From NCBI GenBank assembly GCA_043228905.1, contig JBHGNT010000012.1:9610001-9674000 (forward strand): a stretch of DNA of 64,000 nt, written 5' to 3'. This DNA is from Azolla caroliniana. Lineage: Eukaryota; Plantae; Polypodiophyta. A program made the translations under genes and the position numbers. The notes beneath the pieces are model-generated. The model was not told the origin of the DNA, made no database searches, and saw nothing but the letters and a program-made list of their open reading frames with translations. Each line of letters opens with the position of its first letter. Positions within the stretch are counted from its first letter, which is position 1. This document shows positions 21,392-33,220 of the stretch, one piece after another.

Positions 21392-23431
21392 ATGGAGGCT
21401 CAACAAGCTAACAATATGATGGCGATGTTCGAACGGATGCTTCAAGAACAACGCACGATGTCGGAGATTTCGGCATCAGTAGAGCGGCTCGTGCAACGCA
21501 ACGGGCAATTTAATGGTAAGGATGTGTCGCGATATTTGCAGGACTACAAGGCGGAGATGCTCTGGTGCCGGGCTTCGGAAGGACTGCAAGTGACATCCTT
21601 TAACCGGGTGGCGACCGACGGGCTTCAAGGGAGTATCCACGGGTTGCAACAACAAAATCCGACGTGGGAAGCATTCGAAGAGGCGTTAAAGACCACGTTT
21701 GCCATCGAGGACTCCTCCAAGGCAACGCAGAGGGGATTCGAGGATTGGGTGGAAACGTCAGGTAAGGGGCTGAAGGTCCTCGAAGTGTTTTCGACATTCG
21801 AAAGTCGGTTCGGGAGGTTGTCCGCGAGAGATCAAACTATTCTTGCACCGGACAAAGTCATCATGTTTTTGCGAGCTGTGGACGTCTGGGACCGGAAAGA
21901 TCTCGGAGTGCTTCTTGAGGACACGACCACCGAAAGCGGCCTCACCGAAACATGGGAAAGTGTGCGGGATATCGTCGCGCGGTACACGAAGAGGGGGCAA
22001 TGGCTTGCCAACGAAGAAAAGAGGGTTTCAGAACCGATTCCGAAACCGAGAACGGGACTGGAAGACCATCAACCGAGGGCTCGGGAGATTACGGCCGAGA
22101 AGGGAGTCGACGCGTCTACGGTGGAGCAGCTGCTGAAGGAGATGGAGAATCTAAAGATCGCGATGGTGAAGAAGTCGGATGACCGCCCCACAAGCTCCAA
22201 ATATACGGATCGACGGTGCATATGGTGCGATAGCGCCGAACACGATCGGAGGGATTGCGACGACCATAAGGAGGCGCTACGACGGGATCTCATCTACTAC
22301 GAGGGAAACCAGATTCATTCGATGGACTCTCGGAAGCCACTCCGACCGAACTTCCGGAAAGGCGGCATGAAGAAGGTGCTCGAGGAGGAGTTAGCGGCAA
22401 GAAGCAACTATGCGACAACCGCGGGAATATGTGTCGGGGAGTCAACGGGAGCGAAGGCGTCTTTCTGGCCGGAGGTGCTAGGAAACACCGAGAAAACCGA
22501 CTCCAACGATATCCGAAACACCGCGGAAGGCGTCCGGGAAGCTACGGGATGGGAGTGCCCTGTCGACAAGAATAGCATATACGCCCTGTGTCAATTACAT
22601 GAGGTGTATGTGGACGAGAAACGACGGCGCACGGAGGATGCGGTCGGACCATCGAAGATACCGGAAAGCTGGAACTCCGGAGGTAAGGGAAAAGAAAAGG
22701 CGACTCCGGCATTCAAGCTCGCCTCGGACATAGAACAACAAACCGACTTGAAAAGAGTGTTCGAGGAAAGAATCTTGGATAGCCGGGTAGATTTTTCGCT
22801 GCGGGAACTACTCGGAATAGCGAAGAAGGAGTTTCACGATCTTCTCGTGGATCTCGTGAAAAGGAAGAGACAAAGTACGGAGGAAAATGCTCCAAGGGTG
22901 AATGCAAATACCGTTTCAATGAACGACACCGAAGTGGAAGGAGAAATTCCGAACTCCCACTATACAAGGCCACACTAGGCACGTGCGACCACGGAGACTC
23001 CGGTCCGAATGGGCAACATCAAAGAACCCGTGCTAGCATTGATTGATCACGGATCGGAGATCAACTTGATGTCCAAGGAGTTCTACCGAAAGGGGAAGTG
23101 GCCTATAAACACCAACCATGGATGGAAGATTCGGGCAGCCACGAAAACGACAGAAGACCTATTTGCGGCTTGTCCGGATGTGACGGTAAAGATCGGGGAT
23201 GTCGAAATTGACAAAAATTTCTTTGTGCAGGATGAGGTTTCACATTCTGTCATCCTCGGCCAACCCTTTATCACGGCTTCATGGATGGAGACGAAGGTGC
23301 TCGATAGTGGTGCGGCTTTTGCGCGAATTCGGAGCCAAAACGGAGGGAAATCCGTCCAATTCCTAACGGTGCCGGCAAATCACGAAAGGAACAAGAGGGA
23401 ACTCTTGTCCCAAGTGAGAATGGATTTTTAA
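21392..23431 (+). CDS. gypsy B gag-protease, with one in-frame TAG at 22976-22978 (probably TGG>TAG)
   Basis: Gag with CIWCDSAEHDRRDC knuckle; the same frame continues to LIDHGSEIN aspartic protease. Confidence 0.85.
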
Positions 23432-26400
23432 AGCGGACTGTTGCGGAGTGGGGAAGTGATAGTCCGAGAAGCCCTGATACCCCACACAGGATGAAAACTC
23501 TCGGAGCAAAACAAGTACGAATCGGCCCGGATGGGGCATCTACGTACACGGCCGTAACCGGAGGAATGAAGAAACAATACCGACAAGTGGAGGATAAGTT
23601 ACGGTCGGCATCAATAATAAAAGAAGACGAAGAAATCGTGGGAGTGATCGAGGAAGTGTTCTATGGGAATACACTACAACAGCTTGAAGAGCTTGCGGAA
23701 GATAAAAGCCAAGGGAACCGGGTAGTCCCGGTGGAATCGGTCGAGATGTACGAGATCGTTGCGAAAATGGGGCCGGATGCGCTCCGCAAAGAAGAAGCAA
23801 TGGTAAGTACGAAATACAAGACCGTGGAGAAGAAGGTGAAACCGGCCGCGGGACCACTACCTGCCGATAGCAAACAAAAGAAGAAAGAAGTCTCGGGAGA
23901 TCCGACACTTCGGAAGTCCGTGGATATCGGACATGCCTTCACAGATGAGACCCGGAAGAAACTTCGGATCGGTGGAGGTGGGTTCCTCTTACAAGAAGAA
24001 GAAAAACGGTTTCGAGAGATGTTGGAGCAACATGGCAAAGCATTCGCGTTCACATCGAGGGAGATCGGATGCATTGATCCAAAGATAGTGGAGCCGATGG
24101 TGATTTTCACGATTGATCATGTACCGTGGAACCTGAAGCCGATTCCGGTGCCACGGGCGCATATTCCGAAAGTCATCGACTTGCTCAAGGAGAAGGTGGC
24201 GATGGGGATTCTAGAGCCATCAAGTGCTCCGTACTCAAATCGATGGTTTACGGTTCCGAAGAAGAATGGGTCACTCCGATTCATCCAAGACTTGCAACCG
24301 GTGAACAAGGTCACGATCCGGAACTCGGGAGTCGGTCCGATAGTGGACGAATTCGCGGAAGCTTTTGCCGGACGTGCGATATACTCCATCGGGGACCTAT
24401 ACTCGGGGTATGACCAATTCCAACTAGCCGTGGAGAGCCCAGACATCACTACCATGCGGACACCGATAGGACTAGTTCGAATGTGCACACTACCACAAGG
24501 AGCGACAAACTCGGTTGCACATATGATGAACGCGATGAACAAGGTGCTTAGAGATTGCATCCCGGAGATAACGATGCCGTTTCTAGATGACATTCCGATG
24601 AAAGGATGCGCAGTGGAAGAAAAAGATGAGACTATGGATGATCGGGGATGCCGAAAGTTCGTGGTCGACCATATTCATGATTGCGAGAAAGTGTTGCGAA
24701 AGCTAGAAGATGTGCACCTAACACTTTCCGGGGAGAAATCGGCATTCGGGCAAGAAGAAATATTGGTGGTCGGACATCTATGTGGACCCTACGGCCGAAG
24801 ACCGTCACCAACAAAGATCGATGCGATTCAAGCTATGAAGGAAGTATGTGAGTCAACATCGGAAGTCCGAAGGTTTCTGGGTGTGTGTGCATTCTATCAC
24901 ATATGGATTCCGCACTATGCACATATAGCGGACCCGCTCTCTCACTTGTTGCGGAAAGGTAAGAAATTAGAGTGGAAACCGGAACACACTAAAGCCATGA
25001 GGAAGCTCAAGAAGACACTATGGAGGGCGGAATCACTTAAGAAGCCAAGCTACGAGCGGCCAATCATAGTAACGGTTGATACAAGTCCAACCGGTATCGG
25101 GTGGGTCATCAATCAAGCCGACTCGGATGGTTCGCGGTATCCGATCCGATTTGGAGCAAAGGTCCTCAACGAAAGGCAACGCGGATATGCACAAGTCAAA
25201 AGAGAATTGTGGGGAGTCGTGTCGGCGATAAAATCGGATCGGGATTATTTGATCGGAGCTGAAGTGGTGATCGAGACGGATTGTCTTCCGATACTCGGGA
25301 TGATGCGGTGTTGTACGATACCGGATGTGGCTATGCTAAGGTGGATTGCATATGTCAAGTCACTTAATCCGGAGGTTCGACACATCTCTGGGAAGGACAA
25401 CGCGGTAGCGGACATGTTATCGAGGGCGCGGTTTGAAGACGACATAACCGAATCAGATAATGAAGAAGTTTCCGAAGACTACTTCACGTCAGAACACATA
25501 TGCCGAGTGAACGTGATCCGAGAATTCCGGGAAGAAGAATACGAGGGGGAAACCTTGATGATCGGGAAGATGCTACAAGAGGTTGAGGATTCAACCAATG
25601 ATAAAGAAAGGAGAGCCGAGATCCGAAGGAAGAAGAGGCAAGTCCAAAAGTTCTTCTTGGAAAACGGTTTAATATGGAGGACGCCGAAAAGACCGGATGG
25701 GATACCACTTCGAGTAGTCGGGACGAAAGAGCAACGAAACCGGATAATGTCCGAGTTCCACGAATCCGATTGGGCTGGACATCGAGGAACATGGGCAACT
25801 TTTGTGAAAATCAAGCAAAGATATTGGTGGAAGAACATGTATAAAGATGTCGCGGAGTTCACAGAAAGCTGCGAGAAATGTCAAGTCTACTCCGGGGTCC
25901 GACACCGAGATGAGCTGCATCCGACATTCTCACCGACAATCAACTTCAAGTGGATGGTCGACATTGTAGCTATGCCGACCGGGATTGGACAAAAGAAATA
26001 CTTGGTGTTAGCTCGAGAAGATCTCACAAACCAAGTTGAAGGTCGAGCGCTTCGGAGGAAAACGTGTGCCGCGGTGTGCCAATTTCTTTTGGAAGAAGTG
26101 TTTTGTAGGTACGGCTGCGTAGGACAAGTGATTGCGGACCGGGGAGAACTCGACTCTGACAAAGCTAGGGGATTCTTCGCCAAACATGGAGTTCGGTTAA
26201 CGTTGACAACGGCCTACAATCCGGAGGCCAACGGGAAGATCGAACGAGGACATAGTCCGATCGTGAAAGCACTTGCGAAGGCATGCGACGGAAGGGTGAA
26301 GGATTGGCCACAAATGCTTCCGTATGCACTATGGGCGGATCGGACGACGCATAGCTCCGTGACCGGTTACATGCCGGCAGAACTCATGACCGGACAAGCA

Positions 26401-27033
26401 CTAGTAATGCCAACGGAAACCGCAATCGCGACATGGACAATACTACCGTGGAAGGAAGAGATGAGCCGGGAAGAACTACTAGCGGTCCGAATACGACAAC
26501 TGGAGGGAAGACCGAAAGATGTAGCGGAAGCGTCACGCCGACAACAAGAAGCACGGTTCCGGAACAAAAGCCGGTTCGACACAAAGCACCGACTACGACC
26601 GAGGAGGATTGAAGAAGGAGATTGGGTGATCGTCTATGATAGTAGCTTGGACCATCAACATACAACGATGCGGAAATTCGCGAAAAGGTGGTTCGGGCCG
26701 TACGAGGTTCGGAAGGTCTTCGACAACGGGACGTACCGACTGTCCGAGTTGGATGGAACAATACTACGAGTGCCTATAGCCGGGAAGCGGGTGAAGATTT
26801 TCAAGAAGCGGACCGACGACAAACCTTATGTGATCCAAGTCGAGGCCGACAACGAGGAGCAATCGGACGAAGACCACAATGATGCGGGAAGCGAAGAAAG
26901 TGGATTACAACTCATAGTCGACATAAGCGGAGAATCGGAGGAAGCTTCGGATGAAGACGGATACGAAGAATCAAGAACTTCGGCACATACCGGAGGATGT
27001 GCGGGTTTGGAGGGGGCAAGTGTCGTAGTGTAG
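23422..27033 (+). CDS. gypsy B pol (RT-RNaseH-integrase), -1 frame relative to gag-PR, intact
   Basis: 1180-aa ORF with FLDD, RNase H DTS..ELW, HHCC and DDE integrase, GPY motif. Frame is open back to GGATTTT at 23422. Confidence 0.93.
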   Translation, partial: GFLKRTVAEWGSDSPRSPDTPHRMKTLGAKQVRIGPDGASTYTAVTGGMKKQYRQVEDKLRSASIIKEDEEIVGVIEEVFYGNTLQQLEELAEDKSQGNRVVPVESVEMYEIVAKMGPDALRKEEAMVSTKYKTVEKKVKPAAGPLPADSKQKKKEVSGDPTLRKSVDIGHAFTDETRKKLRIGGGGFLLQEEEKRFREMLEQHGKAFAFTSREIGCIDPKIVEPMVIFTIDHVPWNLKPIPVPRAHIPKVIDLLKEKVAMGILEPSSAPYSNRWFTVPKKNGSLRFIQDLQPVNKVTIRNSGVGPIVDEFAEAFAGRAIYSIGDLYSGYDQFQLAVESPDITTMRTPIGLVRMCTLPQGATNSVAHMMNAMNKVLRDCIPEITMPFLDDIPMKGCAVEEKDETMDDRGCRKFVVDHIHDCEKVLRKLEDVHLTLSGEKSAFGQEEILVVGHLCGPYGRRPSPTKIDAIQAMKEVCESTSEVRRFLGVCAFYHIWIPHYAHIADPLSHLLRKGKKLEWKPEHTKAMRKLKKTLWRAESLKKPSYERPIIVTVDTSPTGIGWVINQADSDGSRYPIRFGAKVLNERQRGYAQVKRELWGVVSAIKSDRDYLIGAEVVIETDCLPILGMMRCCTIPDVAMLRWIAYVKSLNPEVRHISGKDNAVADMLSRARFEDDITESDNEEVSEDYFTSEHICRVNVIREFREEEYEGETLMIGKMLQEVEDSTNDKERRAEIRRKKRQVQKFFLENGLIWRTPKRPDGIPLRVVGTKEQRNRIMSEFHESDWAGHRGTWATFVKIKQRYWWKNMYKDVAEFTESCEKCQVYSGVRHRDELHPTFSPTINFKWMVDIVAMPTGIGQKKYLVLAREDLTNQVEGRALRRKTCAAVCQFLLEEVFCRYGCVGQVIADRGELDSDKARGFFAKHGVRLTLTTAYNPEANGKIERGHSPIVKALAKACDGRVKDWPQMLPYALWADRTTHSSVTGYMPAELMTGQALVMPTETAIATWTILPWKEEMSREELLAVRIRQLEGRPKDVAEASRRQQEARFRNKSRFDTKHRLRPRRIEEGDWVIVYDSSLDHQHTTMRKFAKRWFGPYEVRKVFDNGTYRLSELDGTILRVPIAGKRVKIFKKRTDDKPYVIQVEADNEEQSDEDHNDAGSEESGLQLIVDISGESEEASDEDGYEESRTSAHTGGCAGLEGASVVV

Positions 27034-27842
27034 GTTGCACACTATGTGGAAATTATATTTTTGTCCCTCCGGATAGAGAATGGAGTGCTCGGTGAGAACC
27101 GGAAGAAAACGGCATACCGGCAAGGAGGAAAACGGCATACCGGCATACCGGCAAGGAAGAAAACGGCATACCGGCAAGGAAGAGCCGGATAAAGAGACAT
27201 AAATGTAAAAAAAAAAAAGGGAAATACTCACTACTGCGCAAGGCATGATTCGAACTCTACACCTCCACGTTGACAAACCCCAACCTTACCATTACATTAA
27301 CTTATCTTAAGTGTTTTAAATATAGATTTAATACGTATAAGACCTTTATTTATGCATACCTTTATTAAAAGGTAAATCGTGTATTTTTTTAATATATGAA
27401 AAAGAAAACACGAGACACTAAAAATAACTCATGCACATCTAGTGTGCATGAGCCCTATACTTAGGAAATAAAAAAAGCATCACATGCACATTTAGAGGAC
27501 ATGAACACTTTTTGTAAAAAAAAAAAAAGCATGAAGCCATGCTTAGCTCTTCCTTCCTTATATAAGGAGGAGAGAAATATATAAAGGGTTGTTGATTATT
27601 TGGATTAAGTATTAATCAATACAAAAATTATTCGTGGGATTCACGATTTATACATCTACTTCTCTCTTAACACCCTAAGTACCAGTTAATATAGTATACT
27701 CGTGTGATTCACGAGTTTCTTATCTTTCTCTTTGCTATTTACTCATAATTAATCTCTATCTCACGAACTTCTTTCTCCTAGTCCAAGACCTCTGTGGTTC
27801 CCACCCGACTCACGCAACGATCCGGAGCCGAAAGGCACGACA
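27021..27842 (+). repeat. 3' LTR of gypsy B (822 bp)
   Basis: Preceded by PPT ggagggggcaag (27009-27020). Has extra aaaacggcataccggc-type units and a 16-bp insertion. Confidence 0.95.
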
Positions 27843-28472
27843 ACGTTATGGTCATGGAGACCTAAGCTCGACAAACAATGAGCTTGGCATTATACATTGT
27901 TATCGGAGGGCCTTGACCCATATTACGTATCGCATGTGTACATGGATTTGTGTTTGCAAATGCAAACAACCATAATAATTAATTTGAGCAAAATAATTGA
28001 CTCAGTGGTTAAAATTCGAGGTCGTCGCAGTTGAGAATTGTGCATGAATCCTATTCAAGGCCCCAAAATTCACTATACATTCACGTGCGATAATTGTTAG
28101 ATTTTGAATTCGGTAGGGTATGAAGTTGGCATATCCTTAGTTATGATTTTTCCATTTGCAAAATGTTGTGACGAGTGCAATCACGACGCGTATTTCATAT
28201 AGAATGTGCACATGTATTTGTCCATGGCTTTATCGAGACTTGCGTCATATGTTATATAGATTGTGTACATGAATTTATTCACGCCACATAGGAAGTCAAC
28301 TCTAAGTGATTAGAATTCCATATTTATGGATGCCTTTGTCGACACTGTCCTAATATGTTATATAGAGTGTAGTTATGAATATATGCATGCAACATGGGAA
28401 GTCAGCACTTAGTGGTTACACCTCCATGTTGTTGTTGTGAAGACTTTGTTCCAATTTGGGAACACAAACTCG

Positions 28473-28544
28473 GTGATTGTAGTATAGTGGTTAGTATTCC
28501 ACGTTGTGCCCGTGGAGACTTGGGCTCGAATCCCAACAACCACA
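28473..28544 (+). tRNA. tRNA-His(GTG)-like
   Basis: Anticodon arm ccacg-ttGTGcc-cgtgg and T arm ttggg-ctcgaat-cccaa. Confidence 0.65.
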
Positions 28545-29391
28545 CCTAAATTGAGTCAATATCAACTTGTAAAATTATTTGAATCCCAATGGATTTGAGA
28601 TAGGAAGTTGGTTGCAAATACCAAGAACCATAACAATTTAATTTGAGCAAAAACCTACGACCAACCATCCCCAACAAAGGTTCCTTTCAAATGGTCGACC
28701 CAACCATGATTGTTTTCAATTGAAAAGGATTTGATGGTTGTACTTTAGTGGTTAGAAGTCCACGGTATGGTCATGGAGACCTAAGCTCGACAAACAATGA
28801 GCTTGGCATTATACATTGTTGTCTTAGGGCCTTGACCCATATTACGTATCGAATGTGTACATGGATTTGTGTTTGCAAATGCAAACAACCATAATAATTA
28901 ATTTGACCAAAAAATTCGAGTCAATGGTTAAAATTTGAGGTTGTCGTAGTCGAGACTTGCGCATGAATCCCATTCAAGACCCCGAAAGTTAGTGTACATT
29001 CACGTGCGAAAACTGTAAGATTTGTAATTCGGTAGGGTATGAAGTTTGAATATCATTAGTTTTTATTTTCCACATTGCACAATAATTTCACAAGTGGAAT
29101 CGTGGCTCGTATTTCATATAGAATGTGCACATGTATTTGTGCATGGCTTTATCGAGACTTGCATCATATGTCATATAGATTGTGTAAATGAATTTATTCA
29201 CGCCACATCGGAAGTCAAGTCATAGTTATTAAGAGTCCATATTTATGGATGCCTTTATGGAGACTTCCCTCATATGTTATATAGAGTGTAGTTATGAATT
29301 TATGCATGCAACATGGGAAGGCAGTACTTAGTGGTTATAACCCCATGTTGCGGTTGTGAACACTTTGTTCCAATTTGGCAACACAAACTCC

Positions 29392-29463
29392 ATGGTTGTA
29401 GTTTGCTGGTTAGAATTCCACGTTGTGGCCGTCGAGACCTGGGGTCGAATCCTTGCAACCACA
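29392..29463 (+). tRNA. tRNA-His(GTG)-like pseudogene
   Basis: Matches plant tRNA-His with several stem mismatches. Confidence 0.55.
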
Positions 29464-29603
29464 CCAAAAGTGATTCTGTGTCAACTTGTAAAATGCTTTG
29501 AATCCGAATGGATTTGAGATAGGAAGTTGGTTGCAAAAACCAAGAACCATAACAATTTAATTTGAGCAACAAACTACGACCAACCATCCACAACAAAGGT
29601 TCC

Positions 29604-30046
29604 TGTAAATGTAAACGTGCAGAAGCATTAGACAGAACCAGCTCAGCCTGATAGCAACAAAAAATAAGAGGTTTAATGGAGAAGCTTAATACATAGAGAG
29701 CGTATTTAGAGGAGAGCAGAACGTAAACGTTTTTCCAAATAACTCAACAACTCTTTACTTACAACGTGCTAAGCAACACTATTTATACAAGTCCATAAAG
29801 GACTAACAAATGTACTTACGGGTACTTCCATATTCCTTCGTGCGACTGACACTAAATACGAGACAATGATTACCTACTGGTCTAGGCTACTACTAGGCTT
29901 CCGGTTCCCACTCGAATCCGGCTCTCCTATCCGGCCGGTTGTTTCCAGATACCATCCGGATACCTATCCGGCTCATCCTTTCGGATGCGAATACGGGTTA
30001 GGTTTCTTCAGCCGATCCGGATCCGGTTGAGCTTGCTTGCTCAACT
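29604..30046 (-). repeat. copia 3' LTR (its start and PPT are duplicated out to 30270)
   Basis: Same left end as 41499; adjoined by ctccccctcaag (PPT). Confidence 0.85.
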
Positions 30047-30879
30047 CTCCCCCTCAAGCTCATCTCGAGGTCGGATCATGGTGTTAGTGTTTGTGGCAGC
30101 GGGTCCTTCCACGTGACTCCTTCTGTCGTCGTCACGCCTTGCTAGCGCTTCTCGTCCGGATACCATCCGGATACCAATTCGCCAGATACCGATCCGGATG
30201 CCAATCCGGCTCAGGCTTCTTCCGCCGATCCGGATCCGGTTGAGCTTGCTTGCTCAACACCCCCCCTCAAGCTCAACTTGAGGTTAGATCATGGTGTTCT
30301 TCTACCTGACTCCTTCTTGTATCACCACGCCTTGCTCACGCTTCTCGTCAGGTTCGGTTCATCTTCCCATGACTTGTCCGGTACTGCACGCCTCGACCTC
30401 CTCGGTCAGGTTGGCTGCTCAACAAGCCCATTTCAGCTCCCTCGCTACTGCGACTCTGGCGTTTGCCGACCCTTCGGTTCCTTCACGTTGGCATCGACTT
30501 CCGTTGCGTCCGTGTCCGCTTGGGCTTTAGTTCATCCGGCTTCGCCGAATCTTGAACCGAATCAGTTTCCTTCGATTCGTTCTACTCTTGTTTGAATCGG
30601 TCACTCCCGATTCGTTCTGGCTCTTTTCCGAGTCGGTGCTCTCCAACTCGTTTTCCAATTTCAGGCCCTTCACCATATCAGACCATGTCTAGGTCTTAGC
30701 CTTTTGCTTCTGGTCGTGTCTGTCCTTCTTGACTCTGCCACCGTTGCTGCTCATTCCGACTTGTTCGGATGTGTCGACTTCCTTCGTCGACTCGGCTTCC
30801 GTATTCCTCTTGTCTCCCCTTTTGTTGATTCTTTCTTCCTCTCCAGCTCCTTGTCTGGTGCCATCTGTTCCCTTTCCTT

Positions 30880-32780
30880 TTCTCCCCCTCAAGTGTGGCA
30901 CGTCGAGATGCTGAACACCAACCATTTCGGTGAAGTGCTGCAACTTGTCCAATCTGAGCGGTTTGGTGAAGATATCGGCAACTTGCCGATCCATCTGAAC
31001 CTAAACCCGCTCATGCACAAAGTGATAGTGGACTTCTATGTGCTTCGTTCGAGCATGGAACATGGGGTTCTTGGCGAACTATATGTTGCTCATGTTGACG
31101 CAGTAGATTAGGATCGGGGTCGGCACCTCGATCTAGAGATCTTGCAGCAGCAGTCTCTGAAGCCAGATGGCGTCATAGGTGGCATTTGTAGTGCCCCGAT
31201 ACTCAGCCTCAGTGCTTGATAGAGCCACTATTGGCAGCTTTTTGCTGCTCCACGCAACAACCGCGCTACCTAGACAAAACATGTAACTAGAGGTGGATCG
31301 GCGATCCGATGCATCATCGGCCCAGTCAGCATCTATATATGCCGGTATAACAGTCCGCGCTCCATCCTGCCGCTCATATACCGCAATATTCGATGCGCCC
31401 ACTAAAGGTGCTCCACAGTTGGCTTCTGCATGAATTGGCTGAGCACACCGATCAGATAACTGATATCGGGTCGGGTGATTGTCAAGTATATTAGGCTTTC
31501 GAAAAAATTTCGAAACCATTTCTCATCGCAGGTTGGTCCGGAGTTGGGACAGAGCTTTTGGTTCCGGTCCAGGGGTGTGGAGACAGGTCGGCATTTCGTC
31601 ATGCCGAACTTGTACAACATATTCAACACATAGTGTCGTTGTGAGAGCAATATGCCATGGGGGATTCGGATCACCTCGATCCCAAGAAAATAATGAAGGT
31701 CCCTAGTTCCTTCATTTCAAATGCGTCTGACAGTTGGGACTTTACTCGACCGATTTCATTGAGTCCGGGTCCGGTGATGACTAAATCATCAACATAAAGT
31801 AGGATGCAAACCAGACCGTCTGGACCTTTCCGGATGAACAACGATGAGTCGGATTTAGAGGTCACAAACCCCATCTTACGCAACCGGTGCGTGATCTTTG
31901 CATTCCAAGCTCGGGGGGCTTGTTTCAGACCGTAAAGGGACTTCTTAAGCCGGCACACCGCCGACTTGTTCATCTCCGACTGAAATTCGGGAGGTTGGAT
32001 CATATAGACATGTTCTTCAAGGTCACCTTGAAGAAACGCATTCTTCACATCCATCGGGTGAAGATGCCACCCCCTTGCTGCAACAACCGCAAGTACCACA
32101 CGAATCGTCGTCATCTTCACTACTGGAGCGAAGGTCTCGTCGTAGTCGATTCCGTGGGTCTATGCGTATCCCTTCGCCACTAACTGGGCCTTGTACCGGT
32201 TAACTGAACCATTAGCATTGTACTTTACCTTGTACACCCATTTGCAACCGATCGGTTTACAATGTCGGGAAGGATCAACGAGGTCCCATGTGTCGTTGGC
32301 ATCGAGTGCCCGCATTTCTTCCTCCATAGCGGCACGCCAATTTGCATCCTTTGTCATTTTTGCGTAGCTCTCCGGCTCATGCACTTCCGCCACTTTGGTC
32401 ATGTACGCATAGTGATGTGCCATGTACTCGTTGTACCCATACCGCGTAACGGGGTTCTCCTCTAGCATTACCCTTGTTGTGTCGACAATCGACCAGTTCT
32501 TCCTTTCGGCCACACCATTTTACTCCGGTGTGTATTTGCAGTTGAATTCTCTCCGAATTCCGTTGTGTTGCAGATACCTGTTGAATTGGCAAGAAAAGTA
32601 TTCTTTTCTGCCATCTAGCTTCAGACACTTCATCTTCCTCTCCGTTTCCCGTTCAACTAAACTTTGAGGGTTTCAAAAACATTCGAAGACTTCGCCCTTC
32701 CTCTCAATGAGGTAGATCCATGTGTGTTGGCTGTAGTCGTCGATGAAGGAGACGAAGTATCGACTCCCGCTAAGACTAAC
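30880..32780 (-). pseudogene. copia integrase (internally deleted)-RT-RNaseH pseudogene
   Basis: ORFs 32160-32513, 31671-32120, 31402-31674, 31133-31519 and 30689-30994 with copia motifs. Confidence 0.88.
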
Positions 32781-33220
32781 TATTATAGATCATAACACTA
32801 ATGTAAGCTTAAGATAAGGATAAAGAATTGAAAGATAGAAAGGAGAAAGAGAAAGAAGGGTGCCGATCCACCCGACCACCCCCGAGCGAAGGGATCGAGA
32901 CGGACTCGAGCCTCGATCGGCGTCCCATACCACCACCGTGGCGTCGAGTCGTACCTGGTGCTGGCGCGCTCGCTACAAGAGTTGACCCACCACACGAGCA
33001 GAGTCTCGATGTAGTCAAAAGATGATCAAATGAGGGTAGCTAGGCCTCTTATTTATAGCGATACCCAAGGCCCCCAGGCAAGTTCACACTTGACCTAATG
33101 GGTTGTCTCAATCCCGAGGATAAAAGTAATCCTCCCCTTCTTTACACTCTCATTTAACCCTCACACTTATCCACGTGTATAGATTACTACGGTAAATTCT
33201 TACCACGGGATATTATATGG

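Larger units (their letters stand above)
20579..27842 (+). mobile_element. Full-length Ty3/gypsy LTR retrotransposon (family B, non-chromovirus), 4-bp TSD ACGT
   Basis: TG..CA LTRs at 20579-21353 and 27021-27842. ACGT at 20575-20578 and 27843-27846. PBS, PPT, gag-PR and pol present. Confidence 0.96.

Noticed and set aside
22976-22978. Programmed stop-codon readthrough between gag and protease in gypsy B
   Set aside because: The context (HYTRPH*ARAT) fits a TGG>TAG mutation, and there is no CARYYA-type readthrough context. Comparing other copies would be decisive.
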